From contig JBJEGD010000026.1 in assembly GCA_051874735.1 (NCBI GenBank), positions 128,001-192,000 of the forward strand: a stretch of DNA of 64,000 nt, written 5' to 3'. The notes below the pieces were generated by a model that saw only the letters and a program-made list of their open reading frames with translations, searched no databases and had not been told where the DNA came from. A program made the translations under genes and the position numbers. Shown piece by piece: positions 53,591 to 62,666 of the stretch. This stretch comes from Candidatus Bruticola sp. (GTDB taxonomy: Bacteria > Vulcanimicrobiota > Xenobia > Xenobiales > Xenobiaceae). Positions within the stretch are counted from its first letter, which is position 1, and each line of letters opens with the position of its first letter.

Positions 53591-55984
53591 TTAGAAGCTG
53601 GAGAACATAGTCTGTTTCAGCCTGCGTCTAGCATTGGCCGCTAAGAATGAACCCATATAGTCAGGATCGAGAGTCATGCCAATACTGCCGGCATTTATAG
53701 TAATAGTTCCTTTCTTGTCTTTACCGGGAGTTTTTGTTTTAGGATCTGCTCCGTAGGCTACCATAGCTCCTGTAAGATTGAGCGTGCTGCTCGCACCTAT
53801 ATCGGCATTGATATTGCCCCACGCGTAAATAACGCCGGAAATATCTTGATCGGAGTATTTGAGTTGACCGTATCGAGTCATAAGGTCGGCCAACTGAGCT
53901 TCCTTATTGTCGCGGAAGTTGTCGCTAGCTAAATCTTTATCGATGCAGTTCTGCACATTGCTGATGTCGCTCGAGGAAAGCACCGTATCAACTTCAGTGG
54001 AACCGGCTACCTGCTCGGTTGGCTCCCAGTTATCTGGATTACGGAGATATGTATCTAGCGCTGGCATCAGAGGTTGAGATTGATCTCCTTTATCTCCTCT
54101 ATGTTTAGACATCGTTAAGGCGTAATACAGTTCCAACGCTTCGTCAAAGCTCATTTTATCTCCACCTATATAAGGAGTTATACTAAGAGACGATGTAACT
54201 TCTGGCTCACCATTTTGAAGCTTTGCACAGTTGCTTGCATACTCTGCACAGTAGGCTTCAAACATCAATGCGGCTGCTGCGTGGCTAGAGTCGCTGCTAA
54301 AGAAATTACTGCACTGTTTATGTTTTGTTGTGATATGACTGATAATATTGTTGAAAACATTAACTTTTAGAGCGTTATATTCGTCATTTTCTTTAAGAAC
54401 ATAAACTTTCTCTGTAGTGCTTCCCCCTGTTGAACCGCCGTTATTGTCGACTTCTGGAGGAGTGGTAGGCTTTATAGTGTCTTTGACGGTTGAGGTCAAG
54501 TCTTCAATGGGCAGCAGATTGACGTCTTTTTTAGAGTAGATGGAGACGCCTACGCCGGGATCTGACTCCAAAATACTGGGCCCCTGCAAAGAGATATTGC
54601 CTTCAGAAGTAATAGAGCCGCCTCCCAAAGTGGCCGCCTGCAGAAAGATATCGCCTGAAGAACTGATAATGGGTGAAGTTTTTGTTTCAGGATTTTCTAA
54701 AAGAGCAACAATAGGACGGGAAGCACCGCTGTCCTTGTCATAGCGCACAATAAAAGAGGCGTCTTTGCCGTCGGCTACTATCAGAAGGTTCTGCGATATT
54801 TTCATAGTTTGAGTATCAAAGTCTATGGTCATTCCTGGCAGACTCGATACAACTGTCGATTTGGCGTCTGTGGGAATAGACTCGCCAGGAGGATAGATGC
54901 CTTGATAGCGTTTCAAAACATTCTTTTTGGTGTCAGGGTCAACGCTCCACACATAAGTTCCTGATTGCAACTCTGTGTACGTCTGGCCGGGAGAGTCTGC
55001 TTTGGTGACGTCATCCCAGATAATCTGAGCAAAATTGCCCGAATCGTTGCTACTTTTTGCCGTATAGTTAGCTTCTTTGTTAATGGATTGGCCGTTTATG
55101 CTGTAACTGCAGCCTTCCCCATAGTAAAATTGGCCGCTGGGAAAATCTATGCTGTTGCTTTGTATAGTCAGATTCTTTAAGGTGCGGATTTTGGGGGCTG
55201 AACCGCCTTTAGCATTATTTACGCGAAAAATTGAAGAATTTGTTTTTAAATCGTTGGCTGCACAAGCTACAGAATCGGTAAACTGCTCATCTGCTGCTAA
55301 GTCCAGATAGCTTTCTACGGTTACACAGATGGCATTGCAGCGCTCTTTTGAAATTTTGAGCATATCTGTCAAGCTCATATCGCGCACTCCGTCGCCAGCG
55401 AAGCCTTCTACAACAAGATAGCAGCTCGATTTATCCAGCACAAAATTGCTGGAATTTTCGGCTTCTTGGCGGTCTTTACCGTACTCATCTTTGTAAGTGT
55501 TCAGCTTGAGAGTGCCATCTTTTGATGCTGTATAGACTTTTGTCGATATGCTGCTGGTAAGGTTATTAACAGAGACATAAGGAGAGGGAATTTTGGCTGA
55601 GTCTGAACTATCGTTCAGGCCATCAAAGCCATTTTCGCCGTCTTCATAATTAAATTTTATGCGAAAGAAAGAGCGGCGTCCATTTTTGCTGTCGATCATG
55701 CCGACAACATTGCCGTTATTCTCAATGACGCTTAGACCTGTGCTGCTATCCGAAATAGTTTCGCTGTCGTCGCAGCCTTTCCAAGTGATGTTGTTCTGCA
55801 GCTTAGTTATGGCGTACTGTACGCCTGACTGGGCAGCCATGATGGCCTGTTCGCGTCCGTAAAAATTGGAAGCCAGTCTCATACTGCCTATATTTGAGTA
55901 AACTATTGAGCTAAGCAGCATAATTACCAACACTACCGTTAGCATGGTAGTGATTAGTACTATGCCTCGTTTGTTTTTCAACAT
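53591..55984 (-). CDS. large PilX/GspK-like minor pilin, paralog 3
   Basis: MLKNKRG|IVLITTML; same scaffold; ATG 55984 with AAGGGGG RBS. Confidence 0.8.
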   Translation of the reverse strand: MLKNKRGIVLITTMLTVVLVIMLLSSIVYSNIGSMRLASNFYGREQAIMAAQSGVQYAITKLQNNITWKGCDDSETISDSSTGLSVIENNGNVVGMIDSKNGRRSFFRIKFNYEDGENGFDGLNDSSDSAKIPSPYVSVNNLTSSISTKVYTASKDGTLKLNTYKDEYGKDRQEAENSSNFVLDKSSCYLVVEGFAGDGVRDMSLTDMLKISKERCNAICVTVESYLDLAADEQFTDSVACAANDLKTNSSIFRVNNAKGGSAPKIRTLKNLTIQSNSIDFPSGQFYYGEGCSYSINGQSINKEANYTAKSSNDSGNFAQIIWDDVTKADSPGQTYTELQSGTYVWSVDPDTKKNVLKRYQGIYPPGESIPTDAKSTVVSSLPGMTIDFDTQTMKISQNLLIVADGKDASFIVRYDKDSGASRPIVALLENPETKTSPIISSSGDIFLQAATLGGGSITSEGNISLQGPSILESDPGVGVSIYSKKDVNLLPIEDLTSTVKDTIKPTTPPEVDNNGGSTGGSTTEKVYVLKENDEYNALKVNVFNNIISHITTKHKQCSNFFSSDSSHAAAALMFEAYCAEYASNCAKLQNGEPEVTSSLSITPYIGGDKMSFDEALELYYALTMSKHRGDKGDQSQPLMPALDTYLRNPDNWEPTEQVAGSTEVDTVLSSSDISNVQNCIDKDLASDNFRDNKEAQLADLMTRYGQLKYSDQDISGVIYAWGNINADIGASSTLNLTGAMVAYGADPKTKTPGKDKKGTITINAGSIGMTLDPDYMGSFLAANARRRLKQTMFSSF

Positions 55985-56101
55985 ACTGACCCCCTTCATT
56001 GGATTATTTATAGGCTTAAATGTATACGAAATTTTATGTCAGATGTTAATGTTCTGGGTAAAGTGTGAAAACTAAAAAGGCTCATGGCCTATCCTGCTCT
56101 C

Positions 56102-56131
56102 ATTCTACAATAGCTTGGTTATTATTGCCAA
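56102..56131 (-). promoter_or_regulatory. possible sigma70-type promoter of PilX-like gene 3
   Basis: Minus strand TTGGCA-18 bp-TAGAAT. Confidence 0.4.
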
Positions 56132-56528
56132 CTTAATATTGTTAATTTTCATCCCTTTATAAATGTTCTTAACTTTTTCTTTATGTTGAGAGGAGTTCAA
56201 TTTTGAGCTTTTGAGATGTTGGCAAGCTGCTATATGTTACAAAGGAGTGAGATTTTTGCAAAAATAATAAAATAGATAAAAAATTGGCTTGTCTAAGCAG
56301 AAAAAAGTTTGTAAATTTAGGATAATGAATAGTAGGACTTTTTTCGTCAGCTTAGCGATTTTCTCGATCCCACTGACTGGGTCGGGCTCTTCTTGGGCTG
56401 TCGGCGCAGATTCAGCTCGTCAAGAAGCTTCCGGGGCTGAACAAAGGCATGAGGCCTCTGAAGTCCTAAGGTTAAATGGTCTAGAAAAGACTTCTGTCGT
56501 CACCTATACAGAAAAGAGTGAGGAATCG

Positions 56529-59500
56529 ATGAACATAAACGTAGAACGTTCTTCCGACTTATTCCGCGCCAATTCCGTGGTGCAGAATAATGGCTCTGCC
56601 GAGTCTAAGCAGATGACTGCAAGTACCTCTGCTCCGGCCGTTCCTGTGGACAGTTTCTCTTTAAACAGTACCGAGAGCAAAGAAGCTGTTGCTGGTCTTC
56701 CTAAGCTTAATGCTGCTCAGGTAAAAGCTGAAAGTACCGCGGTACAGCCTGAAAACACCGATAAAAAACAGGTTATATTCCAGTTCGACAGTCGTGGCTG
56801 CTCCCAGACTGAGCTCAGCAACATCGGGCTCAAAGGCTCCTTCAATAATGAGACTGGTCTTTACGATCAGCATTGGAATGGCGATAAAGTTATTCCTATG
56901 CACGACGACGGTCTCAACGGCGACGCCGTAGCTGGCGATGGAGTTTATACTGCTGCTGTCGATTTAAAAACCGGACAGAATCAACAGTTTAGTTGGGGCG
57001 TGGTTGGAGATATTACTGGCAAAGACGGTAAAGTGCAGAACGCTCAGTGGTTAGTTATGAGCGAAACTAATCCTAATTTCAACTTGAACGATTCTCCGGT
57101 ACAAACTTATGCGCCTATTCAGACTCATCTCTTTGGTGTGCACAAAGAGGGAGAAGATGGCGTCCGCTTCCAAACTTGGTCCCCTGAAGTTGGTAAAGGC
57201 GACTTAGGCAACTACAAGCTCTACGTAGAAGTAAGTAATCCTCAGACTGGCGAGATCGAAGAGCGTCTGCCCATGGAGAAAAATGAGCAGAACGGAGTTT
57301 GGACTCTCACCCAGAACGATGGTTGGAGCAAACTTAAAGGTAAAACTTATCAGTATGCAGCCCTTAACGATAAAGGCGAGGTACTTAAGAATAAATGGGG
57401 CGGAGAAGTACGCTATTCTGATCCGCATGCCCGTTATCTGCAGGGCGAGCAGCGTGGCTTAGAGAGAATCTTCGTCGATCCCGTAATGGGCTTCGAGGTC
57501 GGTTGGTATGATGACAGCGGTAAAGGCGGTCCCAACTACGCCGATAATCCTCAGTGGGGACGTTTCACAGTCGATTCTCATCCTAACGCGGATAGCGTTC
57601 GCTTAGTGTTGCGCGATGAAAACGGTAAGCAGCTCAATAAGCAGGAACTGTTGGATCGTCTCGGCAAACCTGAGCGCATTCCTTACGATCAGGCCTCTCC
57701 GGAAGATAAGCATGACGTCGATGTTTTGCGCAACTGGAAGCTCGATCAAACTGAGCCGATCGATAAATATTCCTGGATTAACAGCGTCAACGAAGATGGT
57801 TCTATCGATATGAATCGCGTGGACAGCCCTGGAGCCGGCACTGCTTGGGTTACAGCTGTAAACAACTTCCCTAAACTGATCGGCATGCAATATGAATATC
57901 AGGTTGTAGAGGATGGCAAGTTAGTAGGCGACGTCAACGGAGATGGCAAACTCAGTAGCCAGGAGCGTATAGCTACTCCTTTCAACGATCCTTATACTAA
58001 CGTAATTCAGCCTAAGCCCGGCTCTGCCCGCAAGTCTCTGATTCGCGAGTCTAGCTTCGAGTTCCGTTATGACAACGTACCCAGACGCCAAACTAATCAG
58101 AACAACTTTGTAATTTATGAAGCTCATGTCGGTTCATTCATGAGTTCTAAAGACAACGCTGTGCCGGCCACTTTTGAAGACATGATTAATAATCTCGATT
58201 ATTTCGCTTCTTTAGGAGTAGATACTATCGAGTTAATGCCTACAAACGAGTTCGGCGCCAAACGCGACTGGGGTTATACTCCCGATTTCTATTACGCCGG
58301 TGCGGCTAGTTACGGTTTTGAAATGGATCGCCAAGAGGCCATCGATCGCAAGCTGATTACTGACGACGAACAGCCTGGAGCCAAGAGTGTCTGGATATCT
58401 GGTACAGATGCTATGAAGCTCTTCGTCGATGAGAGCCATAAACGCGGTTTCAACGTCATGGCCGATGTAGTTTACAACCACACTTCTGGCAAGCCCGATG
58501 CCGATGATCCTCTGGGGCGTATCGATGGCGATAAGCGCTCTTTCTTCAACTGGTGGCAGAAAGGTGAGTCTTACACTCCTTGGGGAGCTAAGCCCAATTT
58601 TGCTAATCAAAACGTAAAAGATTTCTATTCCGACAACGCGGTTCAGCAAGTTGCCGAATTCGGCTTCGATGGTATCCGCTTCGACTTTACGCAGGTTCTC
58701 CATTCTACAGGTAATTCTGCCGAGCAGATTGAAGGCATGAACACGTTGCGTCAGATTAACCGCTCTTTGCGTTTAATTAAGCCCGACGTTTACACTGTAG
58801 CTGAAGACTTTAGTGGCAGTTGGCTGGTTGCTGCTGATATGGATAAGTCTGAAACTCAGGGTTATGGTCCCGGCAGCTGGGAAAAGAAAGGCATGGGCTT
58901 CAGTGGCGTTTGGAATGACCGTTTCCACGATGATCTGTTGGAAATGGCTCAGGGACGCGGAAGTGCTGATCGCTTGATGGAAGCAATTACCTGTCACGTC
59001 GGCGTTACCGACTGGAGCAGAGCGGTAACTTACGCTCACAGTCACGATGAAGTTGGTAATACTGGTAACTGGATGCACCGCGGCGCTGCAGCTTCCAAAG
59101 ATGACGAAGCTGTCAAGCAGCCCTTCCCGCGTTCTATTGCCCGAACTGCCTCTGCTATAACTTTGACAGGTCCTGGTGTGCCTATGCTCTTCCAGGGTGA
59201 AGAGTTCTTAGCTAATAATGACTTTAAACATGGTCTGACTTCTACCTGGGGCGCCGACATGGATTGGACTAAGTTCCCCGTCACTCCCGATAAGTTAGAT
59301 AACTTTGCTAGAGTGGCTTCCATGGATATGTCCTCTCGTGAAGTCGAACGTTCTCGTATGAGTGCCGATGAGCAGAAGCTCTTCGATCGTTATTGTGAGA
59401 TGAGTCCTGAGGAGAAGAATAAAGCTGAAGATATGGCCAACCAGGTCGGTCAGTTTATTCTCACTCGCGACTTAGTCGCTTTGCGCCGCACTTCTCCGGC

Positions 59501-59792
59501 TCTTAATGCGACCGGTAATATCAGCCGTGTTTACACCCATAACGACGACAGAGTTTTGGCTTGGAAACGTGACGACGGTGGCTCCGATGAGTTCGTGGTT
59601 ATTTCCAACTTCGCCAATACTGATCGTCCTGGCTACCGTATGGAGCTTCCTCCCGGTCAGTGGAAAGAAGTCTTCAATACTAACGCCCGCTGTTATGGCG
59701 GCAGCGGTACCGGTAACGGTGGCAACTCTGTAACTTCTTACGGTGGCGTATTCCTGCCTGCTGGCGGTACCATCGTTTTGAAGAAGCAGTAG
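56529..59792 (+). CDS. multidomain GH13 alpha-glucan enzyme (branching-enzyme/TreZ-like catalytic domain)
   Basis: IYEAHVGSF, IELMP, WGY, DVVYNH, FDGIRFD, AED, SHDE, PMLFQGEEF; N-terminal HDDG.NGD..AGDG.Y (choice-of-anchor X-like) and CBM48-like modules; start 56529 (GAGGA RBS) or 56325. Confidence 0.9.
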   Translation: MNINVERSSDLFRANSVVQNNGSAESKQMTASTSAPAVPVDSFSLNSTESKEAVAGLPKLNAAQVKAESTAVQPENTDKKQVIFQFDSRGCSQTELSNIGLKGSFNNETGLYDQHWNGDKVIPMHDDGLNGDAVAGDGVYTAAVDLKTGQNQQFSWGVVGDITGKDGKVQNAQWLVMSETNPNFNLNDSPVQTYAPIQTHLFGVHKEGEDGVRFQTWSPEVGKGDLGNYKLYVEVSNPQTGEIEERLPMEKNEQNGVWTLTQNDGWSKLKGKTYQYAALNDKGEVLKNKWGGEVRYSDPHARYLQGEQRGLERIFVDPVMGFEVGWYDDSGKGGPNYADNPQWGRFTVDSHPNADSVRLVLRDENGKQLNKQELLDRLGKPERIPYDQASPEDKHDVDVLRNWKLDQTEPIDKYSWINSVNEDGSIDMNRVDSPGAGTAWVTAVNNFPKLIGMQYEYQVVEDGKLVGDVNGDGKLSSQERIATPFNDPYTNVIQPKPGSARKSLIRESSFEFRYDNVPRRQTNQNNFVIYEAHVGSFMSSKDNAVPATFEDMINNLDYFASLGVDTIELMPTNEFGAKRDWGYTPDFYYAGAASYGFEMDRQEAIDRKLITDDEQPGAKSVWISGTDAMKLFVDESHKRGFNVMADVVYNHTSGKPDADDPLGRIDGDKRSFFNWWQKGESYTPWGAKPNFANQNVKDFYSDNAVQQVAEFGFDGIRFDFTQVLHSTGNSAEQIEGMNTLRQINRSLRLIKPDVYTVAEDFSGSWLVAADMDKSETQGYGPGSWEKKGMGFSGVWNDRFHDDLLEMAQGRGSADRLMEAITCHVGVTDWSRAVTYAHSHDEVGNTGNWMHRGAAASKDDEAVKQPFPRSIARTASAITLTGPGVPMLFQGEEFLANNDFKHGLTSTWGADMDWTKFPVTPDKLDNFARVASMDMSSREVERSRMSADEQKLFDRYCEMSPEEKNKAEDMANQVGQFILTRDLVALRRTSPALNATGNISRVYTHNDDRVLAWKRDDGGSDEFVVISNFANTDRPGYRMELPPGQWKEVFNTNARCYGGSGTGNGGNSVTSYGGVFLPAGGTIVLKKQ

Positions 59793-59811
59793 CTTTAGAC
59801 AAATATAAATG

Positions 59812-59868
59812 AAAACTGCTCCTTGCAGGTCTGGCTTTCAGTTGGCAGTCAGCAAGGAGCAGTTTTTT
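59812..59868. terminator. bidirectional intrinsic terminator
   Basis: aaaactgctccttgc ... gcaaggagcagtttt, 15-bp arms between convergent genes. Confidence 0.85.
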
Positions 59869-59918
59869 GTTTGTAGTTTAAGCTCTGGTTATGAACTTTA
59901 CTGAATTTATTGACAAAG

Positions 59919-60545
59919 TCAGACTCTGACAAAGGGGTTATGGGTTTTTTCGTATCCTACACTGCTTTGGGAGCCATGCCCGGGGTAAAGTATAGTGCTA
60001 TCAGGCAGAGCGTAAATCTTATTCTTGATAGAACTTATTAATTGGCTGTAATTGCCTCCGAAGAAGTCGGTGCGTCCGATAGAGGTGTGAAAAATAGTAT
60101 CGCCGCAGAAAGCATGATTTTCGCAGACGATTGTTATGCCGCCTGGAGTATGGCCAGGAGTGTGGATGATTCTAAATTCCAACTTGCCGACCCTAAATAT
60201 TTGCCCATCTTCAAGCGTTCCAGAAATTTTGGGAATTTCCTGACATTTCAGCCCCAGCATTACCGCGTCGCTTTGGCATCTATTTAAAGAGCCAGTATCT
60301 TGGCTGTGAATATACAACGGCAGCTGCAGATCTTTCTCTAGTTGAGAAGCACCAATGAGGTGATCGCAATGGCCGTGAGTTAGCAATATGGCTTTAATAT
60401 TTAGATGATGATTCGTGATAATCTGCTCTAGTTCGGCAGCATTATCTCCTGGATCGATAATAACTCCAGTATTATCGCTGTCATAGACTAGATAACAGTT
60501 GGTAGCGAAGCCTCCTACCTCTCTGGTAATAATGTTTACTGACAT
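59919..60545 (-). CDS. MBL-fold metallohydrolase (glyoxalase II-like)
   Basis: NCYLV, IDPG, THGHCDH, TPGHTPG, GDT.F..SIGRTD, PGHG. Confidence 0.93.
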   Translation of the reverse strand: MSVNIITREVGGFATNCYLVYDSDNTGVIIDPGDNAAELEQIITNHHLNIKAILLTHGHCDHLIGASQLEKDLQLPLYIHSQDTGSLNRCQSDAVMLGLKCQEIPKISGTLEDGQIFRVGKLEFRIIHTPGHTPGGITIVCENHAFCGDTIFHTSIGRTDFFGGNYSQLISSIKNKIYALPDSTILYPGHGSQSSVGYEKTHNPFVRV

Positions 60546-60564
60546 ATCTGGGGGCTCCTTAGAC

Positions 60565-61947
60565 TCAATTAAAGTTTAACTTGGGGAAAGGTACAGCCTC
60601 TTCAAAACGCTGAGCTACAGCCAGCAAGAGACGGTCGCTGCCTCGAGGTCCGATAATTTGCAGACCGATAGGCAAGCCTTCTGAACTTAAACCTGCAGGA
60701 ATAGTTATAGCTGGCTGTCCTGTTAAGTTAAAAGGATAGGTGAATGGAGTCCAGCCGAATAAAGTAGAAATCTTTCTGCCGTTAATATTATCAGGGCGTT
60801 CTAAGTCGGCGGAGAAAGCGGTTAGGGGCATAGTGGGAGTAATAAGTAGATCAAAGCGCTCAAAGAATTGATCCATTGTATAGTAAAGTTTAGTGCGTTT
60901 GATAGAGTCTTGGCTGTAAATATAAGCTGGTAATTTAGTGCCTTCTTCTATAATATCAACCATCTCCGGGGTAAGCAGCTCTTTCATTTCTGCAGTTAAG
61001 GGAGCATAGCGGGAAGCGTATACTGTGTTCCAAATGTTGAGCTCCAAGGGCTCCGGATCTTCCTCTATGGGCGGATTTTCTTCCCTGACTATATAACCTA
61101 AGTCTGCAAGTTTATCTACAGCCAGTTTGACTTTTTCAGCTACCTCATTTTCCACTGGTGCATAATTTAAATTAGGGCTGTAAGCTATATGGAGCTTGTC
61201 GTAAGCCGATTTGGGCCAATCGATCGGGTTCATGCTTAGATTGTCATGAGAGCTGGATCCGGCTAAAACTTCAAATAGAAGAGCTGCCTCATCAACATGG
61301 CGGGCTATAGGGCCAGTGTGACTTAAAGTATAATAAAGGTCTGGAATAGGATAGCGTGGAACCATAGCAAAGCTAGGCTTAAAGCCGACTACTCCGCAAA
61401 ATGAGGCCGGAATTCGGATAGAACCTGCTCCGTCAGTTCCCTCAGCTAAAGGTACCAAACCTGCAGCTACGGCACTAGCTGAACCGCCGCTGGAGCCCCC
61501 GGCGTGGCGTTCAGTATTCCACGGATTAAAGGTTGTGCCGAAAAGTCTGTTGTTAGTTATGCCTTTATAACCGAATTCTGGGGTGTTGGTTTTTCCTAAA
61601 ATAACAGCTCCAGCTTGGCGTATGCGAGTTACCGATATAGAGTCAAAATCGGGGATATTATCTTTTAAAGTTAGTGAACCGCAAGTAGTGCGCATCCCCT
61701 TGGTATAAGATAAATCTTTGATCGCTATAGGTACGCCGCGCAACGGGCCGCTGATTGCTGAATTTTCAGCTTGGCGGGCTTGCTCTAAAGCTCCCTCTGG
61801 ATCGAGGGTAATAAAAGCGTTGATTTTGGGATTAAGTTTATCTATGCGCTCAAGGTAAGCCTGAGTGACTTCAACGGGTGATAATTTCTTCTCTCTAATT
61901 AGTTTTGCCAGTTCAGTGGCTCTTAAATCGCAAATATCCATAGGCAC
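60565..61947 (-). CDS. amidase-signature family amidase
   Basis: GVPIAIKD, GKTNTPEF, GGSSGGSA, GTDGAGSIRIPAS, GLPIGLQ. Confidence 0.95.
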   Translation of the reverse strand: MPMDICDLRATELAKLIREKKLSPVEVTQAYLERIDKLNPKINAFITLDPEGALEQARQAENSAISGPLRGVPIAIKDLSYTKGMRTTCGSLTLKDNIPDFDSISVTRIRQAGAVILGKTNTPEFGYKGITNNRLFGTTFNPWNTERHAGGSSGGSASAVAAGLVPLAEGTDGAGSIRIPASFCGVVGFKPSFAMVPRYPIPDLYYTLSHTGPIARHVDEAALLFEVLAGSSSHDNLSMNPIDWPKSAYDKLHIAYSPNLNYAPVENEVAEKVKLAVDKLADLGYIVREENPPIEEDPEPLELNIWNTVYASRYAPLTAEMKELLTPEMVDIIEEGTKLPAYIYSQDSIKRTKLYYTMDQFFERFDLLITPTMPLTAFSADLERPDNINGRKISTLFGWTPFTYPFNLTGQPAITIPAGLSSEGLPIGLQIIGPRGSDRLLLAVAQRFEEAVPFPKLNFN

Positions 61948-62016
61948 ATATTTGCCTTATCTGATCGCCTCTTCCTGCCTGCACTTTAATCATAAAATTT
62001 AACTGTTCGCTTGAAT

Positions 62017-62649
62017 TTATGCTTCTAGCTTATGTAGACAGGAGCAAATTGGACAATGCTGTGGATTGTGTTTGATTGCTTTGCAGTAGCGACGGCCGCA
62101 CTCTATAAATTGAAGGTGACGGCGTCCCCATTCATCAGGGGGGAAAAGCTGCTTAAGATCGTACTCCACCTGGCTGGGAGTAGTACCTTGAGATAATCCC
62201 CAGCGTTTGGATAAGCGCAAAATGTGTGTATCTACAGGAAAGGCTGCCTGGTTGAAGGCTTGCACCATAACTACGGAAGCTGTTTTGTGACCTACTCCTG
62301 ATAGACTTTCCAGATCGGCGAAGTTAGCAGGTACCTCTCCGTTAAATTTATCTAAAAGCTGGCGGCACATACTTTTTAGGTACTTACTTTTGTTTTTGGC
62401 CAAACCTAATCCGCAGATGTGTTCAAAAATTTGTTCTTGGCTCAGCTTATCCATCTTTTCTGGTGTGTCAGCACAGGTAAAAAGGTTAGCTGTAGCCTTA
62501 TTCACACGTTCATCAGTGCATTGGGCTGAAAGCATAACGGCAGTTAAAAGTGTAAAAGGACTGTAAAAATTGAGGCTAGGTTTAGGATTGGGAAAAAGCT
62601 GATCTAGCTGTCTCCCTATGACAGCTGTACGCTGAATTATAGAAAGCAT
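62017..62649 (-). CDS. nth: endonuclease III
   Basis: LSAQCTD.RVN, L.GVG.KTA helix-hairpin-helix, VDTH..R, C-terminal Cys cluster. Confidence 0.93.
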   Translation of the reverse strand: MLSIIQRTAVIGRQLDQLFPNPKPSLNFYSPFTLLTAVMLSAQCTDERVNKATANLFTCADTPEKMDKLSQEQIFEHICGLGLAKNKSKYLKSMCRQLLDKFNGEVPANFADLESLSGVGHKTASVVMVQAFNQAAFPVDTHILRLSKRWGLSQGTTPSQVEYDLKQLFPPDEWGRRHLQFIECGRRYCKAIKHNPQHCPICSCLHKLEA

Positions 62650-62666
62650 ATCAATAACGATTTTCT

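Noticed and set aside
48490-54480. Inteins as the variable pilin inserts
   Set aside because: No Cys/Ser start paired with a His-Asn end and no homing endonuclease motifs; the inserts are unrelated to each other
48149-55984. Diversity-generating retroelement or shufflon explaining pilin variation
   Set aside because: No reverse transcriptase, no template/variable repeat pair differing at adenines, no recombinase; all copies are intact and co-oriented
60565-61947. gatA (Glu-tRNA amidotransferase subunit A)
   Set aside because: No adjacent gatC/gatB, and motifs (KTNTPEFG, GAGSIRIP) fit general amidases
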